From NCBI GenBank assembly GCA_046735395.1, contig JBJKQR010000018.1, positions 118,390-182,389 on the forward strand: a DNA stretch of 64,000 nucleotides, in the 5' to 3' direction. The notes under the pieces were generated by a model, which had not been told where the DNA came from, searched no databases, and saw only the letters and a list, made by a program, of their open reading frames with translations. This document shows positions 19,749-29,200 of the stretch, piece after piece. A program made the translations under genes and the position numbers. Numbering within the stretch: the first letter of the stretch is position 1; every line of letters starts with the position of its first letter. Source of the stretch: Fidelibacterota bacterium (lineage in GTDB: Bacteria > Fidelibacterota > Fidelibacteria > Fidelibacterales > DSDE01).

Positions 19749-20207
19749 ATGAAAATAGCAATTATTTCAGGTTCCCCTTCAGATCAGGCCGTCATCGATG
19801 CGGCCGATTCCTATCTTGCGTGGTTCGGTCTTCAGGCGGAACGGAGAATTCTGTCTGCGCATCGGACTCCGGAGGAGCTGAAACGGTTTATTCAGGACTT
19901 TGACGCATCGGGCGGACAGATATATATCGGTGTCGCGGGTATGGCCGCGCATCTGGCTGGTGTTATCGCATCCCATACGGCTCGTCCTGTGCTGGGAGTG
20001 CCGACGGAAGGGCCGTCGCTGGGCGGCCTGGACTCTCTGCTTTCCATGGTGCAGATGCCCCGTGGTGTTCCGGTCGCAACCTTTGCCATCGGCAAGGCCG
20101 GCATGATCAATGCGGTGATTTTTGCCGCGCAGATGCTTTCCCTTCAGGATGCTTCTCTCCGTGAAAAACTGGACGTATTCAAATCCGGAGGCTGTGTCCT
20201 GCCATGA
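19749..20207 (+). CDS. purE: N5-carboxyaminoimidazole ribonucleotide mutase
   Basis: GSPSD, SAHRTP, AGMAAHLAG, LDSLLSMVQMP; ATG 19749 after GAGGAG. Confidence 0.95.
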   Translation: MKIAIISGSPSDQAVIDAADSYLAWFGLQAERRILSAHRTPEELKRFIQDFDASGGQIYIGVAGMAAHLAGVIASHTARPVLGVPTEGPSLGGLDSLLSMVQMPRGVPVATFAIGKAGMINAVIFAAQMLSLQDASLREKLDVFKSGGCVLP

Positions 20208-21109
20208 CCACGACCCGCAAAATACTGGTGACCGGCGCCAATGGCGTTCTGGGTTATGCCGTCGCCCGGCATTTTCACCGGGCCGGAGATACCTTGTTGC
20301 TGACCGGGATCGAACGCGATTGCCCGGCCGCCGGCGAAGTGGACTGCAATTACGAAATTCTGGATATCACAGACAGGGCCGCGCTGAATGCCATCATTGA
20401 CCGCTTTGCGCCGGATGTTCTCATCAATTGTGCCGCATTTACGTCGGTGGATGGCTGTGAAATGAAAACGGAGCTGTCCCGCCGGATCAATCACGATGCC
20501 CCGGCAGCCATGGCGCAGCTGTGTGCCGGGAGCAGCACGATTTTTGTTCATTATTCCTCGGATTATGTCTTCGACGGGGCGAACGGACCCTATTCGGAAG
20601 CGGATCCGGTCAATCCCATCAATGAATACGGCCGTCAGAAACTGGCGGCGGAACGTGATATAATGTCCGTCACGGACAATGCTCTCATCATCCGCACAAA
20701 TGTTCTCTTCGGACGGGCAGCGGTGGAACAGGCCTCCTTTGTCTCCTTTGTGGTGAATACCCTGCGGGCAGGAAAACCTGCGAACATTGTATTTGACCAA
20801 TACAATAATCCCACCTGGAGCGATGACCTGGCCGAGACTACGGATGTTCTGCTGAAAGCGGGTGCGCGCGGTATTGTGAATTTCAGCGGAACGGAATATC
20901 TGTCCCGGCTTGAATTTGCCACGCTGATCGCGGAGGTGTACGGCCTGCCGACAGAGCTGATTCATCCGATTTCCACAGAGAGCCTCTCTCTGCCGGCACC
21001 CCGGCCGCTGATGGGCGGGCTGAAGAATGATGCGGTATACCGCTTTTCCGGGATACCCCGGCGGAAGCTGAAAGATATTTTACAAACTATGAAAGGTGCG
21101 ACAGCGTGA
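20204..21109 (+). CDS. rfbD: dTDP-4-dehydrorhamnose reductase family protein
   Basis: LVTGANGVLG, NCAAFTSVD, SSDYVFDG, YGRQK. Confidence 0.88.
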   Translation: MTTTRKILVTGANGVLGYAVARHFHRAGDTLLLTGIERDCPAAGEVDCNYEILDITDRAALNAIIDRFAPDVLINCAAFTSVDGCEMKTELSRRINHDAPAAMAQLCAGSSTIFVHYSSDYVFDGANGPYSEADPVNPINEYGRQKLAAERDIMSVTDNALIIRTNVLFGRAAVEQASFVSFVVNTLRAGKPANIVFDQYNNPTWSDDLAETTDVLLKAGARGIVNFSGTEYLSRLEFATLIAEVYGLPTELIHPISTESLSLPAPRPLMGGLKNDAVYRFSGIPRRKLKDILQTMKGATA

Positions 21110-21822
21110 AACGGCTGGTAATAATCCCAACCTACAACGAGAAAGATAATATTGCCGCGCTGCTGGATGCGGTCGGCAAATTGAAAATTGAGAATCTGTC
21201 CATTCTCATCGTGGATGACAATTCACCGGATGGTACGGCGGACATCGTGAAGGCCCGGCAGAAGGAAAACCCCAATCTGTTTATCCTGGAGCGGGAAAAG
21301 AAGTCCGGACTGGGCACGGCCTATATTGCAGGGTTCCGCTGGGCCATCGCTGAAAATTATGATTATATCGCCCAGATGGATGCGGATTTTTCCCATGATC
21401 CGAAGGATCTTGTCCGCCTGTTCGAGGCGGCCGAAAAAAATGACTGGGTAATCGGATCCCGGTATGTAAACGGAGTGTCCGTCGTGTACTGGCCAATGAG
21501 CCGGCTTATTCTCAGCTATGGCGCAAATATTTACAGCCGCATCGTCACGGGCATGCCTGTGAGGGACGGTACAGCCGGTTTCAAATGCTGGAACCGGAAG
21601 GTTCTGGAAGCCATTCATCTGGACAAAGTCAAATCCCAGGGCTATTCCTTTCAGATTGAAATGAATTTTCGCGCCTGGAAAGGGGGATTCCGCTTTTTTG
21701 AAGTCCCCATTATTTTTGTGGACAGAACGGAAGGTCAGAGCAAAATGTCCAAAAAGATTGTCAGGGAAGCAATCTGGATGGTATGGCGCCTGAAATTCTG
21801 GAGTCTCGTCGGAAAAGTCTGA
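21106..21822 (+). CDS. Polyprenol monophosphomannose synthase-like GT2
   Basis: IIPTYNE, VDDNSPDGT, QMDADFSH, GYSFQIE, GQSKMS. Confidence 0.9.
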   Translation: MKRLVIIPTYNEKDNIAALLDAVGKLKIENLSILIVDDNSPDGTADIVKARQKENPNLFILEREKKSGLGTAYIAGFRWAIAENYDYIAQMDADFSHDPKDLVRLFEAAEKNDWVIGSRYVNGVSVVYWPMSRLILSYGANIYSRIVTGMPVRDGTAGFKCWNRKVLEAIHLDKVKSQGYSFQIEMNFRAWKGGFRFFEVPIIFVDRTEGQSKMSKKIVREAIWMVWRLKFWSLVGKV

Positions 21823-21845
21823 TTTTTATTAACGAACAGGAATGA

Positions 21846-23879
21846 ATGTCTGAAAATCCGATAGACATCAGTATTGTCATTGTCTCCTACAATGTGCGGG
21901 AATTCCTGCACCAGTGTATATTATCCCTGAAAAAGGCTTCGGCGAATCTGCGGGTTCAGATACTCATCGTGGACAATGCATCCATCGACGGAACGCCCGA
22001 ATTCATCCGAACCCAGTTTCCCGAAATCCGGCTGATTGCCAATGCAGATAACCGCGGCTTCGGCGCCGCCAATAATCAGGCCTTGCCCGAAGTGCTGGGC
22101 CGTTATCTGCTGTTTCTGAATCCCGATACCATCCTGCAGGAAGATACGCTGCAGATTCTGCTGGATTATATGGACGGGCACCCGGAAGCGGGGATGGCGG
22201 GGTGCAAGATTCTGAACTCGGACGGAAGCCTGCAGCTGGCCTGCCGCCGGTCTTTTCCCACGCCGATGGTGACGCTGCCGAAAATGCTGGGATTGTCCAC
22301 CCTTTTCCCGAAGAGCAAAAGGCTGGCAAAATACAATCTGACCTACCTGGATCCCGACCAGAGCTATCCGGTTGATGCCATATCCGGATCTTTCATGTTT
22401 GCCCGCAGTGCCCTGATCCGCGAACTGGAAGGGTTTGACAGCCGCTTTTTCATGTATGGCGAAGATCTGGATCTCTGCTATCGGATCAACGATGCCGGAT
22501 TGCAGATCCATTACGTGGCTGATACAACCATTATCCATTACAAGGGCGAAAGTTCGAAGCAGGCGGCTTTTGATAATATTCTGGTGTTCTACAAGGCCAT
22601 GTCCATTTTTGTGCAGAAACATTTTGCCCAGAGGTATTCGCTGCTGTTTACGGCCATGCTGAAAGTCGGCATATTTGCCCATCTGACCCTGAAATTCCTC
22701 AGTACTGTCGGCCGCTGGCTGATGAAACCGGTATTCGACGGCCTGCTGCTTTACCTGAGTTTTGCTGCCGCTCTTCTGCTGAGATTCGGGAATTTTGATC
22801 TGTTTGAAGATTACCTGATGATCACGGGGCTTTATTATGCGCTGTACCTGATTTCTGCTGCCGCACTGGGCCTTTACCGCAGCCGTCCCTTCGATTTTGT
22901 CCGGTCCACGGCAGCGCTGGCCGCAGGAGGCCTTCTCAGCGGATTTTTCACATTTTTCATCCCCAGCATCGCTCACAGCCGGATTGCCTTCCTCATCGGT
23001 TTCAGTATTTCTCTCATTTTTATTTCCGGCTGGCGGCTTATTCTGAAACTATTCCGACGGAAAAATACCCGCAAGGATCCGGCGGAACAGCTGTCCCTGA
23101 GAACGGCGATTGTCGGGGCGGATGCAGAAGGACAGCGGATTGCTGAGGTTCTGGGGGCAAAGCCCGAACTCGGCTATCTGTTCATCGGATTCATCGATAA
23201 GGATTTTTCCCATCCCCGGACGGTCGGACGCCTGGCGTCGCTTCGGGAAATCATTCGCCTGAAACGGCTGAATTGTCTCATCTTTACCTCCGGCAGCTAC
23301 AGTACGTCGGATGTGATGGCCATTATGAATACAATCCAGGATCTGAAGGTGGATATAAAAATCGTACCGGAAAATCTGAATATGATCTATGGCAAGGCCA
23401 GCATCGAAACACTGGACGGGATCTCGATGGTGGACATGGAATATAAGCTGCACAAGGGATTTTATCGTGGGCTGAAGCGAAGTTTCGACGTCGTGCTGTC
23501 AGGACTGCTCATCCTGATATTTGCCCTTCCGGCTCTCTTCTGTCGTCTGCTGAGGGGACTGAAAGTAAAGGACATGGTGAGCGGAACGTTGCACTGGTCC
23601 TGGTGGGAACACCCGTTGAAGGGCCGGATCCGCTGCTGGTGGTACCCCTTGTTATTTTCAGTTATAAAGGGTAATTTATCCTTTGTGGGAGATGTATGGA
23701 AAATTCCTGAGGGAAGTGATCGGATTTTCAAGCCGGGATGGTGCGGACTGGTTCAGATGGAGGGATCCCGTGATCTGTCCGCTGACGAGCACCGTCGTTT
23801 CATGACCTTCTATATGAGGAATTATTCCTTCAGTATGGATATCGAAATCCTGCTGAAAACTTTTTTTAAAATACGGTAG
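21846..23879 (+). CDS. GT2 glycosyltransferase fused to membrane, CoA-binding-like and degenerate phosphoglycosyltransferase domains
   Basis: VIVSYNV, VDNAS, LNPDT, FFMYGEDLD, IHYKGES; hydrophobic helices; IVGA; LKRSFD...SFVG...KPGWCG...DIEILLKT. Confidence 0.85.
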   Translation: MSENPIDISIVIVSYNVREFLHQCILSLKKASANLRVQILIVDNASIDGTPEFIRTQFPEIRLIANADNRGFGAANNQALPEVLGRYLLFLNPDTILQEDTLQILLDYMDGHPEAGMAGCKILNSDGSLQLACRRSFPTPMVTLPKMLGLSTLFPKSKRLAKYNLTYLDPDQSYPVDAISGSFMFARSALIRELEGFDSRFFMYGEDLDLCYRINDAGLQIHYVADTTIIHYKGESSKQAAFDNILVFYKAMSIFVQKHFAQRYSLLFTAMLKVGIFAHLTLKFLSTVGRWLMKPVFDGLLLYLSFAAALLLRFGNFDLFEDYLMITGLYYALYLISAAALGLYRSRPFDFVRSTAALAAGGLLSGFFTFFIPSIAHSRIAFLIGFSISLIFISGWRLILKLFRRKNTRKDPAEQLSLRTAIVGADAEGQRIAEVLGAKPELGYLFIGFIDKDFSHPRTVGRLASLREIIRLKRLNCLIFTSGSYSTSDVMAIMNTIQDLKVDIKIVPENLNMIYGKASIETLDGISMVDMEYKLHKGFYRGLKRSFDVVLSGLLILIFALPALFCRLLRGLKVKDMVSGTLHWSWWEHPLKGRIRCWWYPLLFSVIKGNLSFVGDVWKIPEGSDRIFKPGWCGLVQMEGSRDLSADEHRRFMTFYMRNYSFSMDIEILLKTFFKIR

Positions 23880-23887
23880 AGGGAACA

Positions 23888-24844
23888 ATGGCTCGTATTG
23901 TACTGGAGTTTGAGAAGAAAATTTATGAACTGGAGGCACGGATTGAGGAACTGAAACAGTCCTCGGCGAATTCGGGTGTTGCCATGGACTCGGAAATTCT
24001 GAGTCTCAGCGAGAAGCTGACCAGTCTGATAGAGGAAACCTATTCAAATCTGACACGCTGGCAGCGTGTACAGCTCGCGCGGCATCCTGACCGCCCCTAT
24101 ACCCTGGATTATATTGATCGCATCGTTGACAACTGGTTTGAACTCAAGGGTGACCGGAATTTTCGTGAAGATGATGCAATCGTAGCCGGAACGGGCCTCA
24201 TCGGCGGTATCGGCGTGATGATCATCGGACAGCAGAAGGGCCGGAATGTGAAGGAAAACCTGAAACGGAACTTCGGTATGCCCCATCCGGAAGGATACCG
24301 GAAGGCGCTGCGGCTCATGAAGATGGCAGAGCGTCTGGGAAAACCGGTTCTGACGCTCATCGACACAATCGGAGCCTATCCGGGAATTGAAGCCGAGGAG
24401 CGGGGACAGGCTGAGGCCATCGCCCGGAATCTTTTTGAAATGTCGCGGCTCCGGGTTCCCATCATCAATCTGGTGATCGGGGAAGGGGCCAGCGGCGGCG
24501 CACTGGGAATCGGGATCGGTGACCGTCTGCTCATGCTGGAGAATACCTGGTACTCGGTTATTTCACCGGAAGGCTGCGCTTCCATTCTGTTCCGGGACGC
24601 GTCCCGGGCCAATGAAGCTGCGGAGGCCATGAAGGTGACGGCCCGGGATCTGGAGGAGATGGGCATTGCCGACCGGATCATCGCAGAGCCGCCGGGAGGA
24701 GCGCACCGCTCCGTGGATAAAACCGCATTCACACTCAAGAATGTACTGGTGGAAGAACTTTCGAAACTTATTGATCTGCCCGTGGACGAATTGCTGGCGC
24801 GGCGAAGGGAAAAGCTGAGTCAGATCGGCGTCTACGACGAATAA
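23888..24844 (+). CDS. accA: Acetyl-CoA carboxylase carboxyltransferase alpha subunit
   Basis: LARHPDRP, NFGMPHPEGYRKA, GEGASGGALG, YSVISPEGCA. Confidence 0.97.
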   Translation: MARIVLEFEKKIYELEARIEELKQSSANSGVAMDSEILSLSEKLTSLIEETYSNLTRWQRVQLARHPDRPYTLDYIDRIVDNWFELKGDRNFREDDAIVAGTGLIGGIGVMIIGQQKGRNVKENLKRNFGMPHPEGYRKALRLMKMAERLGKPVLTLIDTIGAYPGIEAEERGQAEAIARNLFEMSRLRVPIINLVIGEGASGGALGIGIGDRLLMLENTWYSVISPEGCASILFRDASRANEAAEAMKVTARDLEEMGIADRIIAEPPGGAHRSVDKTAFTLKNVLVEELSKLIDLPVDELLARRREKLSQIGVYDE

Positions 24845-24891
24845 TTGCGATATTAACCAGCATCTCGGACCGGGAGTCCGAAGGAGGGAAT

Positions 24892-26187
24892 ATGAAGAGA
24901 ATAGGGATTTTGCTATTGTTATCCATATTATTTCTGAATGCAGAAGATGTGGTCAAGAAGGGATTCAATTTCGGAGTCCTGCCGGCCATCGCCTATGATG
25001 CGGATCTGGGATTTCGCTACGGTGCCCTGACTAATATCTTTGATTATGGCGACGGGAGTCATTATCCGCGTTATGATCATTCGATTTATCTCGAATGGTC
25101 ACAGACCACGAAAGGCAGCGGGACGGCGACCATGAATTACGACAGTGAATATCTCATTCCCGGAATTCGTGTGACTTCCGAGATCAGTTATTATACAGAG
25201 AAAGGCCTGGACTTTTTCGGATTCAACGGTTACGAAAGTGATTATAATCCGGATTTTGTGGACGAGGCCAGCAACAGTTACAAGACCCGGGTCTATTACA
25301 AGCATAACCGGGCCCTGTTCCGCGTAAAGGCGGATTTTCAGGGTGCGGTAAAGGCTGTAAATCATTTACGCTGGCTGGCCGGTTACGCCCTGTACAATAC
25401 GACCGTCGGCCCCGTGGATGTGGCGGCCCTGAACAAGGGGAAGGCCGCAGCGGACCAGCTGCCGCTGGATTCACTCACTCTGTATGATGAATATGTCAAT
25501 GCCGGAATCATTGCTCAGGATGAAAAGGACGGCGGGCTGAACAATATGCTGAAGGTGGGAGTGGTGTACGATACCCGCGACAATGAACCCAACCCCATGA
25601 AGGGTATCTGGACGGAAGCGCTTATCCTGGCGGCTCCGGGTGTGCTGGGAAATGAGTATTCCTTCAGCAAGTTCATTCTGACTCATCGTCAGTATTTCAC
25701 GCTCATTCCCAATGACCTGTCCTTTGTCTATCGCGTGGGAATCCATCAGAAGCTGACCGGGACCATTCCCTTCTATATGCTGCCCTATGTCTTTGACAGC
25801 AAGCAGACCAAGGATGGCCTGGGCGGGGCAAAGAACCTGCGGGGAATCATGAGAAACCGGGTTGTGGGCGACGGCATGGCCTACACGAATCTGGAACTTC
25901 GCTGGAAATTCTACCGGACGGTATTAGGCGGCCAGAATATCTACCTGGCGCTGAATGCCTTCACAGACGCCGGAATGGTCTATGACCGCTACGATTATAC
26001 GATTACCGATCCGTCTGCCCTGACCACGGTCCCGGATGAAAGCAAGGAGGGACTGCATGTGAGTTATGGCGGTGGTTTCCGCATCGCCATGAATCAGAAT
26101 TTCATTGTTGCCGTGGACTACGGCATCGCAGCGAATAAACAGGATGGAAGCAGCGGATTATACATCGGGCTGAATTATTTATTCTGA
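24892..26187 (+). CDS. Omp85-superfamily outer membrane beta-barrel without obvious POTRA domains
   Basis: Signal peptide; LPAIAYDADLGF, YDTRDNE, LRG loop motif, ELRW, GGGFR, C-terminal YIGLNYLF. Confidence 0.8.
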   Translation: MKRIGILLLLSILFLNAEDVVKKGFNFGVLPAIAYDADLGFRYGALTNIFDYGDGSHYPRYDHSIYLEWSQTTKGSGTATMNYDSEYLIPGIRVTSEISYYTEKGLDFFGFNGYESDYNPDFVDEASNSYKTRVYYKHNRALFRVKADFQGAVKAVNHLRWLAGYALYNTTVGPVDVAALNKGKAAADQLPLDSLTLYDEYVNAGIIAQDEKDGGLNNMLKVGVVYDTRDNEPNPMKGIWTEALILAAPGVLGNEYSFSKFILTHRQYFTLIPNDLSFVYRVGIHQKLTGTIPFYMLPYVFDSKQTKDGLGGAKNLRGIMRNRVVGDGMAYTNLELRWKFYRTVLGGQNIYLALNAFTDAGMVYDRYDYTITDPSALTTVPDESKEGLHVSYGGGFRIAMNQNFIVAVDYGIAANKQDGSSGLYIGLNYLF

Positions 26188-26277
26188 TACAATTTGTTTT
26201 ACGTGACCGATCTCACCGGAGCTGAAGCTTCGGAAAAAAATAGTTTGAAGCGTCGTGCAGGCTCCTTAGCTTTTCGT

Positions 26278-29200
26278 ATGAGCAGGACGCTTCAAATGAT
26301 ATTTTCCGGTATTCTTGTACTGGCCTCTACCAGTCTTTCTGCCGCGGATTTCCATGTTTCCGGACAGGAAAGCAACCTGAAATTCGATGCTCAGAACGAC
26401 GGCCACCTGCGGGTGCAGCTCCACATCGGAACCGTGCGGACTGAGACGGTAAGAGCGGGTGGCGCCGACTACTTGCGTCTCAAAATTGACGGGACCTATC
26501 CGTCCGCCACCGTCGGCGAACCGGAACTGCCTGTATTCAGCCGGCTCATCGAACTTCCGGCGGGAGCCGTGAATGCACGGGCTCGCGTGGTGAGCAGCGG
26601 AAAGCAGATATTCGGACTGGCAGCACTGGCGGCGGGAATCAAGCGGATTTATCCGGCTCAGCCGAGTCAGGCCAAATCCCTTTCTGATCCGATAACCTTT
26701 TCGTTGAATAAATCAGCTTATGAAAGCCAGGCCTATCAACTGCCTGTATCGGAAACAGTGCAGATCGAGGACCTGGGAATGATGCGCAACCGCCATCTGT
26801 TTCGTCTGGCTGCCGCTCCGCTGAGCTACTCGCCCGCGAAGGAAAGCCTGGCCATTGATACAACTATGACAATACAGCTCGACTGGGATATGGATGGAAT
26901 GGTTCCGTCCCGACTTCCGAAGACGAATGCGGCTCTGGACGAAATTCTGAACAGTGCCGTCGATTCACGACCTCTGCCGCTGACCGCCCTTTCTACTGCG
27001 GATTATCAAACGTATCCGCTCTATATGATGGTGGCGCCTGAAAGCTACAGGGATTCGCTGAGTGAATTCATTGCCTGGAAAACGTCCCTCGGATTCAGAG
27101 TCGAATTTCTATCCTGGGAATCCGCAGGCGGAACTCCGGAGCAGCTTCGTACCCTGCTCGGAAACCGGTACAATTCTGATCCGGGGCATTTTCCTGATTA
27201 TCTGCTGCTGGTGGGGGACAATGAACAGATTCCGGCCTGGAGTTCACGGATTGGTTCCTGGGCTCATGTAACAGACTTGTATTATGCTGCAATTACGACC
27301 GGAGATCTGCTGCCGGATCTGATGGTGGGGCGCTTTCCGGCCGCGACAGCGGGTGAAGCGCGGCTCATGGCGGAAAAAAGCATGGAGTATGAAAAGCTGA
27401 ACATTGCCGATGGGCAATATTTGAAAAGTATCATGCTGATTGCCGGATATGACAGTTATGGAAATACGGACTATTTCGGCATTCCGACCATTGACTATGC
27501 GAGACAGGTGTATTTCACCGCAGCTGCCGGGTATGATGTGACCTTTCTCAGCGGCCATGCGGATGTGAGCAGTATTCTGGATAAAATAAATTCGGGTGTC
27601 GGTTTCCTGAATTATACGGGACACGGCTCCTTCAGCAGCTGGGTGGATCCGAATATCACCAATTATCAGATATTCGGCCTGAGCAATGATAATCTGCGTC
27701 CTCTGGTCATAACCAACGGCTGCAAGACGGCCGCATTCCAGTACGCCACCTGTTTCGGCGAAGCCTGGATGCGTCATGACGGCGGCGCCATGGCCTATAT
27801 CGGCGGTACGAATGATACATACTGGGATGAGGATGTGTACTGGTCCTGCGGCTATTATAATCATGTAGGTGACGGACTCACACCTACAGCCTCGGAAACC
27901 GGTATCGGCGCCTATGACGCACCTTTTCGTGATGGAAGTCCCGTTCCGCAGAGTGCCCTGATTATCGCCGGAAACCTGGCCGTCAATGAAAGCACATCCA
28001 CTTTTACCGGTTATTACTGGGAAGTCTATGAATTATTCGGAGATCCGGCATTGATAAATTTCTGGTCGCTGCCCGAGGACATCTCAGCTGCCATACCGGA
28101 CAGCCTGCCCGTGGGAAGCGATGAACTGCGAATCCCGGTCACGAATATGCCGGCGAATCTCAAGGGAAGTGTCAGCGCCGGTTCTGAGCTGCTGAGCGAT
28201 TCCTGGACTCCGGACGCAGGCGGGATCCGAATCCATCTCCCTTCTCCGTTAAATGATCCGGGACAGGTGAGTGTGACACTGAATGCGCCCGGCTATGCTG
28301 TCGTAAGCAAGGCTGTATCCATCGCCTTTTCCGGTTCTGTAACCATTATTCCGGATACGCTGACGGTGCTCGGGTCCAATGCGGTTCAGATAACCGTACT
28401 CAGCAACTCCGGTACTCCTGTTTCAGGACTTCAACTGTATTTTCAGGAACCCGGGCAGGTCTCCGATACGGTGCTGACGGATGCTGCCGGCAAGGCCAGC
28501 CTGACCTGGATTCCTCACTACGGCCCGGATGTGGATTTGTTCGGCCGGATCCCGGGAGAGGACTATCTGTACTTCAGGGAAACACTGCCGCTGCGTGGCT
28601 GCAGCGATTTGCCTCCGGTGACGGTTCATGTCAGCACGGAGATCGGACTGTCCGATACTCTGGCCTCGAACCTGCCTGCACACATTTATTCAGATCTGAA
28701 CACCTCCCCGTCCTGTTATTACAGGGATATGGAACAGAGTCTCTTTTTCAGGGATCAGGATACGGTGAGCGTGACAGCTGCGGCCTATGGTGAGGCTGAT
28801 TTCTACCTTCTTCAGGACGGATACAATGCATATCATGTAAAAATTCCCATTAAACAGGCCATGGGAAAGGCAAGTTTTGTTCTGCTTGATAACAGCGCCA
28901 ATCCTGTTCCGAATGCTATGCTGACTCTGTCCGGAACAGGCTTTACGGAAAAAATTTATAAAAGTGACAGTGAAGGGCTGATTGAAACCGGAGAATATCT
29001 GCCCTGCGGGATGACTGCGCTGCGGATCTCTGTCTATGGCTTCTCGGACATGGATTCTCTTTTCCTGCTGCCTTACCGAGAGAGCGGGCATCGGATCGTT
29101 CTGGACACAGCCCCGACTTACCGTTTCAGCGGAACTGTCCGGGACGAGGCAGGACAGGGCCTGCCTTCCGCGCTTTACCTGCTTGATACGGACGGGATCC

